A DNA stretch of 54,615 nt, the filler included, from Bipalium vagum (lineage: Eukaryota), in assembly GCA_037834085.1 (NCBI GenBank). It is 3 parts of 3 records of this genome, joined end to end, with 100 filler letters (N's around TTAATTAATTAA, not from the genome) between each part and the next. Parts side by side here need not be neighbours in the genome. Positions count along the whole stretch, not along the records: positions 15,993 to 38,561 come from JBBMKC010218130.1; 2 more parts are not named here. The stretch is one strand, 5' to 3'. The notes below the pieces were generated by a model, which ran no database searches, was not told where the DNA came from, and worked only from the letters and a program-made list of their open reading frames with translations. This document shows, in pieces, positions 24,470 through 37,226 of the stretch. Made by a program: the position numbers and the translations under genes. Within the stretch, counting starts at the first letter, position 1, and the number at the start of each line of letters is the position of its first letter.

Positions 24470-25843
24470 CTAAAATAATTTCCTACATAAAAATCTGCGG
24501 TACGCTAATCTGAAATCTTTAGAAAATAGAGCGTATATCCAAGGATTCAACAACGAGTTGCAGTACCCCAACCAGAAGACCGAGTCGAACAGGTTTTCCG
24601 GAATGTTTTTATAGAAAGCTCCAGCCACGTACACCATGAAGAAAGGAAGCCAGCACAAAATGAATGCCCCGCAAATAATTCCCAACATTCGCGCTGCTTT
24701 AGCTTCCCGTTGCATTCTGCTCAAAGGAAGATGAAAAATCTTTATATCACTGTTTTGAGTCAAACGTCTCTTGTCCTTCGACAGGCTTAACGGAACACCT
24801 TCGATGTTCGATCGAGAATACTCAAAATCAGACTCCAGTCCAATTTCCAGTTGACTGTAACTTATGGATTCTGGTGATAAGCTGTCGTTGATTGTGGATT
24901 TCTGGCTGTCGGACTTGTGGAAAAAGTGCTTCGTTTGCATATGGAAAGGGCTTTTGTTACATTGGCAAAATTTGCAGGAACAATTATTGATATTGTGCAA
25001 GGGGGTCGATTGAATCAATTTTCCTTTTTCATCGGAATTGTCCGGACAATGAGATTTATCACTACTCCCACTGCGAAAACCGCCACAGTGAACTCTCATG
25101 ATTATCGTTTTTCCATCTCGGTTCTTCAGTCGACCTTTGGCAATACCGGAAATGGTCGCATGTACCGTAGCAAAGATACTGGCATAGAAATAGACCATTA
25201 TTGTCAGCGGTATGTAATAGGAACCAAAGGCAGAATAGATAATATATCCCGGAGACGAATCGGTTATACTGCATGTTACCAGAACGGAAATATTATTATT
25301 ATTATTATTATTATTATTCGTAAAGTTATTAATGGGTCGCATGTCGGAAATTTCAATGTTAATCATGGTATTGTTGTTTACCAGTGAGAGAAATGTCGGA
25401 AATGATATGATAAATGCAAATATCCAAACCGACGTCAGAAGAATTTGGCAGTTTTTATTCGTCATCCACGACAAATAACGGATAGGGTTACGGATGGCAA
25501 CGTAACGGTCGAACGAGATGACCGTTAAGTTCAGTATGCTGGCCGTACAGAGCAGCACGTCGCAGGCCAGCCACATTTTGCACAGAACATTGCCGAAGAC
25601 CCACTGGCGAGTCAAGACTTGATTACTGATTGAAAGAGGTAAAACGATAATTCCCAATAACAAATCACTAACGGCCAGATTAATGATGAAAATGTTCGTT
25701 TTGTATCTGCGCAGCTTTATCGACGTCGATGCGGCGATGATGACCAGAATGTTGCCTATTAAAATGGATAAATCGATCATGATCAATATTATCAGTACGA
25801 CCACAGAATCCAACGACAGGAAGTTAGTGAGGTTTCTCGACAT
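24470..25843 (-). CDS. Aminergic class A GPCR, most similar to the alpha-adrenergic-like octopamine receptor (Octalpha1R/OAMB type)
   Basis: Seven TM segments with GNILV, LAVSDLL, TM3 CDVLLCTASILNL (amine-binding Asp), DRY, TM5 YSAFGSYYIP, MRVHCGG, CWLPFF and FWLGYCNSLLNPWIYALFSKDFR. The first ATG is at 25843 (MSRNLT). An acceptor-like ttctcccAG before 25861 allows for an upstream exon. Confidence 0.93.
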   Translation of the reverse strand: MSRNLTNFLSLDSVVVLIILIMIDLSILIGNILVIIAASTSIKLRRYKTNIFIINLAVSDLLLGIIVLPLSISNQVLTRQWVFGNVLCKMWLACDVLLCTASILNLTVISFDRYVAIRNPIRYLSWMTNKNCQILLTSVWIFAFIISFPTFLSLVNNNTMINIEISDMRPINNFTNNNNNNNNNISVLVTCSITDSSPGYIIYSAFGSYYIPLTIMVYFYASIFATVHATISGIAKGRLKNRDGKTIIMRVHCGGFRSGSSDKSHCPDNSDEKGKLIQSTPLHNINNCSCKFCQCNKSPFHMQTKHFFHKSDSQKSTINDSLSPESISYSQLEIGLESDFEYSRSNIEGVPLSLSKDKRRLTQNSDIKIFHLPLSRMQREAKAARMLGIICGAFILCWLPFFMVYVAGAFYKNIPENLFDSVFWLGYCNSLLNPWIYALFSKDFRLAYRRFLCRKLF

Positions 25844-26349
25844 CAATGCTTTCGTTTTCACCTGGGAGAAATCAGTGTAAATTATTCTTTATTTTCCAAA
25901 TGATACTGACGAAACGAAGACAGGCATAAACCAATCGCCTCCAATGTATAAACGAATAAAAAATCCTTCTTTCATGATCAATTAATTGTGATTTGGTTGG
26001 CTATTTTAATATGGATTTTATTTTTTAAAAATTATATTTTATAAAAATATTTCTGAAAAAAAAATATATGAAACTTTTCGTTTTATAATATGCTAAAAAC
26101 ATTTATTTGATAATAACTGTAAAATATTATTTTTTATTTTATAAATTTAATTATTTTATTTATATAAATTATAATACTATAATATAATTATTATTTTTAT
26201 AAGGCTGATGGGAATGTTTCCGCCGATTTATTTCATTAATAAAGCCAATTAGTCATTGTATCATTAATAAAATCTTTTCAATATTGAGATAAATAAATCA
26301 ATAAATCGAAGTATTGTCTTTGTTTTCAAATCATTAAAAATTTTATTTA

Positions 26350-26900
26350 ACTTGACCTTCACAGTAGAAATATGGTACTCTATTAGTTTCATCGAGAATT
26401 AAATTTTTCATGATATGTGCAGTTCATCAAAATGCTCTGTCTGAAAGGACAGTTCTCGAATGATTTGCTCGTTTAAAAGGAAATAATTTCGATCTTGAGA
26501 CGTTACCAAAATCGGATCATCCTGAAGAGATGGACAATGTGACAATTAATTGGCTGTGACACGAAGATGACGTCTCGTAAGTTTAGGCATATTATTGACA
26601 AACATACTACTACAGTTTTAATCCATTTTAAGTATATTGGGAATTTTTTTTGAATGCTGATTTTGTTCCGCACTAGCGGTCTCAACAAAACCTTTTACAT
26701 AGAATTACCAACACTTTCTCATTACCAGACATAAATTGTATCCATTTTGGATCGTATAGTAATTGAAGATGAGAAATAAGGATTCTGAAATTAATGTCAA
26801 TCTAAATATTTCGATCTATAAAACGTTGATGTTGTAAAACACCTAACAAGCGACATATGGAAGTGTTCTTTCCAGTGTACCTAACATTTACACTATAAGA
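26350..26900 (+). mobile_element. mariner transposase remnant
   Basis: ALSERTVLE*FARLKGNNFDLETLPKSDHP (HTH, WF..F..G.FDLED..RSGRP) and LDRIVIEDEK* (TGDEKW). Confidence 0.75.
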
Positions 26901-27269
26901 AGCCCAATCAGATCCTGGGAAATTTTAATTTTAAAATTTTAAAAAAGAATAACGATTTCAAAATTTAATTAAAATTATTTTGTTTTAAATAGTATTCTGT
27001 ATTTAGTATTATGGACTTTGATTTAACTCCTACAGATCCCATGTTCAGATTTATGAGCACAATTTTTGAAGTCTTATAACAATGTTAGTTGGCTCTTCGT
27101 TAATAACACTTGAATCTTAATTTGCATAATTGTGCAAATGATGAAAAATTGGATATGTTCAATAAACGTTTTCATTTTTCTGATCAATTAAAAATAATTC
27201 AGGTTTGAAGGGGTTAATATTTTAGTAAAATTTAATAAATTAAAAATGTTAAAAGTTAGCTGTACTTTC

Positions 27270-27530
27270 TGAGGACATCATTTGAGTGAAGATAAATTGA
27301 TGGGATTGAACTCTGTCCTCATCCTCTTCATTATCAAGACATGGCATCATCAGATTTTACCTTTTTTAGATCGATGAAACACTTTGAACTGACAGTGATT
27401 TGTTAATCTTGAACAAATAAAGAAATTTTGCAGGACGCTCTTTACTTCAAAGTATAAAGAATGATACAATGAACAAATAAAAATACTGGCCGAAATATGG
27501 GAAAATGTTATACAAAAAAGGTTCTTATTT
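27270..27530 (+). mobile_element. mariner transposase C-terminal remnant
   Basis: ELCPHPLHYQDMASSDF..FRSMKH resembles LPHPPYSPDLAPSDYHLFRSM. Confidence 0.7.
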
Positions 27531-27555
27531 TTTAAAAAAATTGTTTTTTGTATAT

Positions 27556-28190
27556 TTCAGGTGTGTACATAAGTTTCCATCGTTCACATATTTATGATAT
27601 TAGATGAATTACAATATTATAAACGCTTTCTTTGGAAATATTTTTGTTTAAGTAAGTCAATATTGATTATATTTATATATATTGTCTCATAATTTATGTA
27701 AATTAGCATATTTATTTACAGAATATAAATGGAAAATCGAAATTTAATATGGAAATCGATAAAATGCATATTAGCCACTACATGCTGTTCCTCTTCCATC
27801 AAATGAAAACTGCTGCCAAAGCAAGCAGAATAATTTGCCATGAATAATTTGGTGATGAAACAATAGCGCAGAACTCATGTCCTGAATGATTCAGGCGCTT
27901 TAGAGAGCCAATTGGTGGTCCACATGAAATGGATTCGGACAATTTAGAAGCTTTTTTGCAAGAAGATTGTTTTTAATCGTGTACCGAACTGATGACAAGA
28001 TTGCATGTGAATAGGAACACCGCACTTCGGCGGTTGCATCAGTTTGGAAAAATTCTTAAAGAGGCAAAATGGATTCCTTATGATTTTTCGGAGAAGAAGA
28101 TTGTCTTCGTAGACACGAACAACGGTTTTTTTATATCGAATTGTGAACAGAGATTATTAGATTATATTTTTAACTTATGATGAAACCTAA
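27556..28190 (+). mobile_element. mariner element 5' part
   Basis: TIR-like TTCAGGTGTGTACATAAGTTTCC, then MEIDKMHISHYMLFLFHQ..TAAKASRIIC, E*FRRF and KWIPYDFSE (WVPHEL). Confidence 0.8.
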
Positions 28191-28689
28191 TAAAATTCCA
28201 TAGTTTGATAAGTCGTATTGAATATTAGAATTATTCATATTACTGTTAAAAAATATCTTCTCTTATTGATTGCAAATCAATAGATGTTAATATTCAGGAT
28301 CAAATGCCAAGAGCACTCTGGGATAGGTTAACGAAATCAACAAATACAACTGTCAAAAAATCGTTAACTCTCCTTGATTCTTAATTTTTTTTCCAAAAAA
28401 ATAATTTTTTTTTAAATTTTATATATAAATAATAGTTGAAAATAACTTTTACGAAAAACATTCAAAGATTTTTTTATAATTATTATTACACATTGTTTCG
28501 ATAAAATTTAATATAATTCCTAAAAAAAATTAACTCCAGCGAAAATTGATGTTTTTTATTTTTCCCATTAAGACAATAATAATCCCAGAATCACGTCTGA
28601 CTTAAATGAGCTATCTTCCGTTATCTCTTATTTTTAGCAATTTGTTATATTTATATGCATACATTATTTTATTAAAAAATTTCGAAAAT

Positions 28690-29000
28690 AATAAAACAAA
28701 AAAATATAAAATTCACTCAGTGAATATATTAAAACAAAATAACTTAAACATCACCTGAAGATAATATTAAAGAAAATTTTAAATTCACCCAAAGATTATA
28801 TTAAAACAAAAAAAATTTAAAATTCACCCAAAGATTATATTAAAACAAAAAAGTTTTAAAATTCATCCAAAGATTATATTAAAATATAAAAATATAAAAA
28901 TCACCCAGTGATTATATTAAAACAAAAAAAAATTAAAACATCACCCAAAGATTTTATTAAAATATAAAAATCACCCAGTGATTATATTAAAACAAAACAA
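28690..29000. repeat. Minisatellite, about 8 imperfect 30-41-bp units
   Basis: Recurrent unit aaattcacccaaagattatattaaaacaaaaaaaattt. Confidence 0.9.
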
Positions 29001-30005
29001 TCTAATAAATCTATAATGAAGAGAGATCAATCAAATTATTTTTTATCAAGAAGAATCGAACAATAAATTAAGATTGGTATTGATTTTCAGCGGCTTCGTC
29101 AATTGAAGACCAAACCGATTTCTTATGGAATACTAATACTATCAATAATAAAATAAAAACGAGAGAAAATGTCACTAAATTTATTTTATCACAATTTAAT
29201 ATTGATAAAAGCTTTGAAAGTAATTGAAAAAAAAATTAAATAATAGTAATAAAAAAAATTAATTCTCTAATGTTCTTTGATGGGATTATTTGTTTTAATG
29301 AATGAAAATTAGCAATTGAGGTCAGAGTGATTAACGAAATCAATTAGAAATTCGATTGATATTTGAATCCATTAATTTCAATTTTCTCATTTCATCTAAG
29401 AACAATAATAATAAATAAATAAATAAATAAAATAAATAAATTACAATTTTATTGATATTAGACCATCTTTAATGATTCCGTTTTCTGAGGGGAGAACGGC
29501 GAGCATTTCAAAACATTTAAACAAACAATGTGAACGGGATTTCATTTTTTTCCAAGAAATTTTCCAGTTTGATTGATTCAAAGGAAATTTGAAAATATTT
29601 GTTGAAATGAAACTAATTAAAGAGTAAAAATCAATAATGTGAAATCATTTCAAAATTCTCATTGCTTAAAACAAATTTTAATGGAGATTTTCACAATTTC
29701 ACAATATACAGTTTTAGATTTAATTAAATTTATTAATTTTCATTATTAAGTTTTAATAATATTTTTTTGTTTCAAATAATTATTTTAATAAAAAAAAATT
29801 TTATAAAAAATTTTAAGGTTTCTCAATTTTGATATCATATTTTTAAGATAAATCAATTATTGAAATAATTTATTTAAGATGTCTTAGAAATAAACAAATT
29901 ATTATTAAATAATTATCTCTAATTATGATTAATTTAAAAATATTTTTTTGTTTTTTTGTAAATATTATTTTAATTATATTATTTTAAAATATATTTTATA
30001 TTTTA

Positions 30006-30241
30006 NNNNNNNNNNNNNNNNNNNNNNNNNNNNNNNNNNNNNNNNNNNNNNNNNNNNNNNNNNNNNNNNNNNNNNNNNNNNNNNNNNNNNNNNNNNNNNN
30101 NNNNNNNNNNNNNNNNNNNNNNNNNNNNNNNNNNNNNNNNNNNNNNNNNNNNNNNNNNNNNNNNNNNNNNNNNNNNNNNNNNNNNNNNNNNNNNNNNNNN
30201 NNNNNNNNNNNNNNNNNNNNNNNNNNNNNNNNNNNNNNNNN
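30006..30241. other. Assembly gap
   Basis: Run of 236 N. Confidence 1.
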
Positions 30242-31099
30242 TAATATAATATATAAAATAATATATTTTCATATAAAAATTTTATTAAAAATAAAATGAT
30301 AAAAATTGAGTTTTGAGTGTTCAGAATTTATTTTGACAATAAAATAAGATTTTGGAATAAAGACGAATTAAGGCCTTTCATGAAAGAAGCCAAGAGACAA
30401 ATAATGAGCAAATCATTCCTTTAATTATACTTTCACAATGGTTTCACATTAATGAGGAGACTGAGATTTCATAAATTGACTTGTTTAAATCTTCTTCACA
30501 GTTTTATTTAATGATTGACTGAAAATATTTCATAATATAATCAATGATGAAAATGGAAGTGTAATTTAATATTTTCTATATAATATTAATTATTATTATT
30601 AATTAATTATATTATTGATTATTAATTATTATTGATTATTATATTAATTTAAAATTTATGCCAGCCTAAAGTGCATTTTAAGTTAATTATTATAACGTTT
30701 TATAGTATGTTTTATTAAAAATTGCAAATTATTTTATTGGAAAATGTAGAAAATTAATATTATTAATAATAATAATAATGATTCTCAATAATATAATGTG
30801 TTTCAAAATAGTAGCGCCAACTTTGAACAACAATAATTTTAAAACTATAAACAATATTTCAAATATTTTTATTTTATATATCTTAACCATTAAAAACCGC
30901 CAATAAAAATAAATCAATTTTTTGGAAGTAATCTAAATCCTTTGTTGTGATATAAAAAATGTAAGTACTCCCAGATTGAATTTTTGTGTTTACAAGTGTA
31001 AAAAAGATTGGATTAATCGGTAAGTTCCTGCTCGTTTAATTAGTGGAATTTCTACACAATGTTTTTCACGAGATATTTTTTAAATTGTTAACATTTTTG

Positions 31100-31620
31100 C
31101 TCCCTAATTAACAATGTGGAAATGTGCATTTTCGTGATATTTTTTTAAGTGGATAAGTGTTATATTACTTTGGAAAAGAGAAGAGGGAAGCACAAGAGGT
31201 ATGTAGTATTGATACCTATCAATATCCAAATGTCAAAACTGGTGTACTGAATTGAGATGCAAAAACAATGAGGCTTCTCATTCTGGCCATCAGTTTGAGA
31301 CGAATTCAAGTGACCTTGAAGCCATCATCAAGCAAAATCCATTCCTCACAACAACGAAAGTGACAGTGATATCTCATACAACCGTAGAGAATTATCTGAG
31401 TACAACGTGATTTGTTTTTCAACTCAGTATTCGGGTGTGACATCATTTAACAGAACCCAATTTATTGATTTCATTATTTGATTCTCTACTGAGAGCAAAA
31501 AAACCATTCGTCCTAGAAACGGCTGTTTACCAGAGATGAAAAATATTTATTCTATGACATATTTTTCAGGAAAGACAGCATTTACCCAAGTTGAACAATG
31601 CAATACACCAAAACCGTTCA
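31100..31620 (+). mobile_element. mariner transposase remnant
   Basis: SIRV*HHLTE (WVPHEL) and RLFTRDEKYLFYD (RIVTGDEKWI.YD). Confidence 0.65.
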
Positions 31621-32354
31621 AAATATTCTATCTTACTTTTGTTTCAATTTGTGTTCATCAATATTTATCATTAATAAATATTCTTTATTACCCCGAAACA
31701 TTGTAATTCATTATCAATTTTGTTTGAATCAATGGATATTTAATTTTATAATACCAATTACAAAACCCGGCTCGCTTTCATTGAACAGCCTTTTTCTTTG
31801 AGAAAATTTGGAGCTGGAATTTTTTTTCTTAACCATGATCCATAATGATCTTTTAATGTATTCAGAATAGATTTATTATCAAAATATGTAAACAGAGAGC
31901 CGTAAAAAATGGGGAAATATTCCTCTATACAATAAATATGAAAAATTCCCTTTTTCCTTCAAACTGTCAAAAGCCAATACTGACCCGATGCCCATTATCG
32001 CTCTAGGAAATTCATCATAGATTTTTGCGATTTTGTATATGATGTTTAGATTTATTTAAGTTTTTCATAATTAATATTCTTTTCACAAATAATAAATAAA
32101 TAATATATTTATATTTATATATGGATTTATTATTACTTAGATTAAAATCATATCTAAAAAATAGTTCAATAAAAGGAATCGGAAACCTTAAGAATTCTCT
32201 GCGGAAAATAAAATATCTATTTATTTATTTATTTTAATGATCTGGAATTTTTAAATATTTTTAATAATTTATATTTATTATTATTAATTATATATTAATA
32301 TTATTGATTATATATTATGATTAATTATATTTTTATTAATTAATAATTAATAAA

Positions 32355-33069
32355 TCGAAAAGGTCGCTGCTGTTGTTTGTGTTTAACGCTTGCAGCTTTA
32401 ATTGACGCAATTAAGTTATCCATGAAAAAGACGTGGATATAAAATATGCAAAGATTTCACTGCACATGTCATATGTGTGCGGCATCTGTGAGAAGTAAAC
32501 AAAAATTTTCTCGACTGCATTCTAGAAATGGAATAGTAACATTTATAATGTGAACAATACCAGTAGAGTTGATGAATGAATCAAGAATAAGATATTTCCA
32601 TAATGGAATATCAGCAGATAGGAATGCTTTTGTTAGATTTATAGTAAGAACCTCATTGTTCTTTGGCAAAAATTGCTGTTTGAAAAGTTTCTTTGAACTT
32701 GTTAGGCTATTATTTTGCAGAAATGTTAAGTGTTTAATTGTTGCTCGATGTTTATCAACAAAAAATATTTAATGACATTGGATGTCTGTATTGCAACATA
32801 AACATATATAAACATATTGCAACATATAACCTTCAGGTGAAACTGAAAATTCATCCTGATATTGTCTTGTAATGTCTTGAGTCTTACTTATTAATGAGTC
32901 ATAATGAGATTTTGCAATTTTCCGCATTTTAAATATTTAATTATTATTAAAATATGATTTATAATTAAAAAAATTTAAATTTTATTGACTTTATTGACTA
33001 TTTAATTTTTTTATTTACTTTATTGACTTTAAAAATGTTTTTTGACTTTATTGACTTTTTGTTGCCCTA
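32355..33069 (-). mobile_element. hAT-related (DUF659-type) transposon, deleted 5' part
   Basis: LTKAFLSADIPLWK and FCLLLTDAAH. Terminus TAGGGCAACAAAAAAGTCAATAAAGTCAA with the same aagtcaat subterminal repeats as 23184-24221. Confidence 0.8.
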
Positions 33070-33942
33070 TTAATAATATATTATTAAACTTACTTATATA
33101 TTATTATAATTAATTATATATTATTATTATTATTAATTATATATTATTATTATTGAATATATATTATAATTATATTATAAAATATTATTTATTATATAGT
33201 ATTCTTAATTATATGAGTATTATTATTATTATATTATATTAAGTGTATTATTATTAATTAATAATTTAAAAACTTTCAGTTATTTATCTAACTAATTAAA
33301 GCATTTTTTCAGAAAATATATAATCATTTATCCGCGACATTTCTCCATCATTTTTCAAAAGTTATCATTAAAACAAAATCATAAATACGATGCCTAAAAA
33401 TCGTTCAACATCAATTTTATTTGGTTATTTCCAAAACATCTTATTTCCGTCTATGGGAAATTATTATCAAAGTAAATACAGTTATAAATTATCCGAAAAC
33501 TGATTTTGTCATCTTGAAACAATTTCTGAAAACGAAAATAATATTAATATTATTTTTATCTGAATATTTGTTTTAATCAATAACAGAAAACACCAACAAC
33601 AACAACGAAAAAAAGAAAAAAATGAAGAAAACATCAATCAATTTTGACATGTTTTTTCTCTGCTTGTAAATAGATAATTATCTATATTTTAAATTGAATA
33701 AAAATTATTTTAAAAAATCAATGAATTTTTTCTGCATTTTTCTGCACAGAGAAAATTTTTTTTCAATCTTTTCAATTCATTTTTCATAATATTTACAAAA
33801 GTCTAGCAAAAATAATTAATTTTCAAAACTTTTGTAATTACTTCGTCTGGTACTCTAAATCCCGTGAAAAATAACTGCACGGTCCTGAGAGAAAGTTTGT
33901 TTTATTGAACAAATTTATTGATAATCTCAATTTCTTCTTGTA

Positions 33943-34070
33943 GATAACCGGGAATCCAGTGATTCTGGAATTTCCAGCTTCAGAAATTGCTTCGTTTAAT
34001 CAATTTCTGCCACAATATCTGAACCATCATTTTTCACAAAAGGGAATTAGGGATCTCCACATCAAAGTTC
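33943..34070 (+). CDS. Candidate upstream calsyntenin exon
   Basis: Strong acceptor ttcttcttgtAG. Translation ITGNPVILEFPASEIASFNQFLPQYLNHHFSQKGIRDLHIKVQ resembles calsyntenin YLN..GIRRLKI. The donor site is unresolved. Confidence 0.45.
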
Positions 34071-34099
34071 AAAGGAAATTATAAATGGATTAATTTCCA

Positions 34100-35090
34100 C
34101 AATAATCATAGAAATATAATTTTAATTGAGATTTGTACTGTTTTTTGTCAATGTTTCCTCTTTCATGCATCGAATTTTGCATATTGGAGCACTTTTTTAA
34201 TTTTTTTAATTTAATTAAAGTTTTTGTTTAAATAATCATTTTTTTGAAAAATGTTTTTTAACAAACAATTTTGAAAATAAACATTTTTAGTATAATGGAG
34301 CACTTATGGTTGAGATTATTTATTATTGGCGAATTTTTGGTTTAGTCTTTCAAAGATTTGATAATAAATCAATTATTACATTAATTATTGTTTTAATATA
34401 TCAAACTGAAGCGCCAATTTCGCTGTATGATATAATTTTATAATTAGGTGGTTCAATTTAAAATTACATATCATAAAAAAATAATTTAATTGAGATCTTA
34501 AATGTTTTTTGTCAATGTTTTTTCTTTTATGCATCAAATTTAACATGATGATGCACTTATAATTAAAATTATTTATTTATATTTTTGTAATATAATGAAA
34601 GTTTTTGTTTAAATAATCATTTGTTTGAATAATGTTTCTTTAACAAATAATTTTGTAAATAAACATTCTTATTTTTTACAACAGTTCTTCCCACATGAAA
34701 TGAAGAATCTTACGTTTATTATTTCAAAACTTTGTAAATCAATAAATTTTTATGATAGTTTTTGTTTTAATATATCAAACTGAAGCGCCAATTTCGCCTT
34801 TTTAGAGAATTGTAAAAGTAAGAAGTTCCATTTAAAAATTATTTTATCATAAAAATACAATTTTAATTGAGATTTGTAATATTGATGTCAATGTTTGCTC
34901 TTTTATGCATCGAATTTAGCATAATGGAACAATTTTAGTTGAGATTATTTATTTATATTTTTGTAATTTAATTAAATTTTTTGTTTGAATAATGTTTTTT
35001 AACAAGCAATTTTAAAAATAAACATTCTTATTTTTTACATCAGGTTGTCTTACACGAAACTACGGATTTTACGTTTCTTATTTCAAAGAT
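34100..35090. repeat. Tandem repeat, ~370-bp unit, about 2.6 diverged copies
   Basis: tttaattgagat..tgtcaatgttt..atgcatc recurs at ~34120, ~34485 and ~34860. atatatcaaactgaagcgccaatttcgc occurs at ~34396 and ~34770. Confidence 0.9.
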
Positions 35091-36739
35091 CATCTCTCTG
35101 GTAATTTATTATTCTATCTTCTTAAAATATTTTATTTTTTCCAACAATTCTTATAGGTTTTTCGGCGCCAAAGAGTTTTGTTGACAATCTGTTGGCACAA
35201 GAGTGGGGACTAAATAATGGTTCTGGCAGAATATTCCTTGTCAAGATCCAACACCGTATTTTCATATTTTCCTAAGCCCTTTAATCTTTTTTTAATTTAC
35301 TGTACAATTTTAATATTAGTCCAAACCAGCGGTCGGCAGCCCAGATGTATTGGCGTGCCACAAACCAGATAAATTAAAATTACTGAACATTAAGCGTGAC
35401 ATTCAAAAAACAAACCCCGTTATATATTCAGATAATTTTATTTATTTACTAAAATTTACGCCTTGCAGAAAGATTATTTCATTTTGTTTTAATTTGAAAG
35501 CTTTGAAATGCACTGCCAGATAGGAGAAGGTCCTAATTAATAACGGAACACACATTACTCATCGATTTTTCATTATTATTTGTAAATAAAATCTTTTACT
35601 GCTCACATATATGTATTATTTAACATCACGAAATATTATGTTACAACCTATTAATAAATCAGAGGTATGCCAAAGGGAAGATAATCATAAATTATTTGCA
35701 GCATGACGTCTATAATAAAAATATCTTTAAAATTATATTTAATAATACATGATACTTATTATATTATATTTTTCAGAAAATATTCATAAATATATGGCAC
35801 TGCCAAAACGTACATTACCTTTGCAGTAACTCACTATTTTCACTTTATTATGATTTTTATTTTTTTTACCCAAAAAATACTATAATAATAATATTATTAT
35901 TAATAAGAAAAAGAAGAAGAAGAAGAACTTTATATTTAATATGCACGTAAAGAAACCAATTGTGATTTTAAATTTTGAACAATTTGAATTTATGTCTAAA
36001 ATGAAATAACTGTTTTATTTAAACAAAAACTAATTTTCATTTTAAATGGTTTGAATTTATGATGACTTGGTTCTGTATTCACACAATGCTTTTTTATAAT
36101 TTAAAATTTTCTCTGAAAAAAAATTCAATAATTCATATCTCATAATAATGGAAATATTTCTCTTATATTTCAGGACTTTTATTTCTTTCCTGTTCAAAAG
36201 AATTTTGAATAAACAAATAAATTCTATCTTATGTTGAGAATGGAAAATACTTGGCTGAATTACCTTTCCACATTATATGGATCATTGGGGGATTATTTTT
36301 ATATTATATTTCCATAATGTTTATATCATAATTCGAGAACATTTCAATTAAAGCTCGAAAGGATTATTTTATTTTAACTAGAGAAATATTAATAAATATT
36401 ATTGATTTCCCGTTTAACAATATCAATTTTCCGGTGATTTTAACTATATAATATGTATCATGTGTAGTATTTAATTCTTCGGAATTTTTTTAAGAAACAA
36501 AACGCATTTATTTTAATGACACACACACACAATTATATTATACGTATTTCCCACCGTTGGCTTTAAAATTGGTCCAAATTTCTTTATATATAGGTATTAT
36601 ATATATGGAGACTGTGGAAGTTAATGATTAATTATTAGATTAATCGATGAAGTTATTTTAATGATTAATTTTAATTTCTCTAAATTTGTATATATTCCAT
36701 ATTAATTCATGCATTTCTGTTTGAAATAAATCTTTAAAC

Positions 36740-37226
36740 TGTAAATCAAATATTTTCTTGTTATGTTTAACAAACTTAAAAGAATCAAAATGTCCGAAAA
36801 AGAAATCCGAAGAGGTTTTTGTGAATAATTTTGACGAACTGTATAGAAATCAAAGTTACAATGGAATTCCCGAATCGACTGATCCTTACAATGGTGAAAA
36901 TTGTTCCAAATTATCAATTTCGCCAAAGAGAACTTTGTGTATTACGGTAACTTCTGTTTCCTGTGAACGAATCTTCATATTACTAATAAGACGTTTTCAT
37001 CACTGGAATATAATTCCGTTAACTTGCCAGTTTGATTGTGTAATCCTTTCCCAGATGAAATGACACTAATAAACTGTGTTCATGTTAAATAAATGTATAC
37101 TAGGTATTATTAAGCTTTAGTTTTCATTTTGAAAGTTAACTTTTAATAAAATTAAGTATTAAAAAAAGTTTTGTCATTAACAGCTCTAATGTACATATAG
37201 TAGCGTTCAAAAGTTAGTTGACACTG
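36740..37226 (+). mobile_element. hAT C-terminal dimerisation-domain remnant with possible terminus
   Basis: KLSISPKRTLCITVTSVSCERIF matches L...A...L.IPATSV.SER.FS. The end ..ttagttgacactg reads CAGTGTCAAC on the minus strand. Confidence 0.65.

Noticed and set aside
24917-25387. 156-aa antisense ORF over the GPCR
   Set aside because: Shadow frame of a higher-GC coding region. It has no recognisable motifs, and its poly-Ile is the mirror of the microsatellite.
28690-29000. CRISPR-like array
   Set aside because: No unique spacers and no cas genes, in a eukaryotic context; it is a simple minisatellite.
23184-33069. Composite hAT transposon capturing the GPCR
   Set aside because: Both surviving termini (24221, 33069) are right-hand ends with different TIR sequences, so they cannot bracket the gene.
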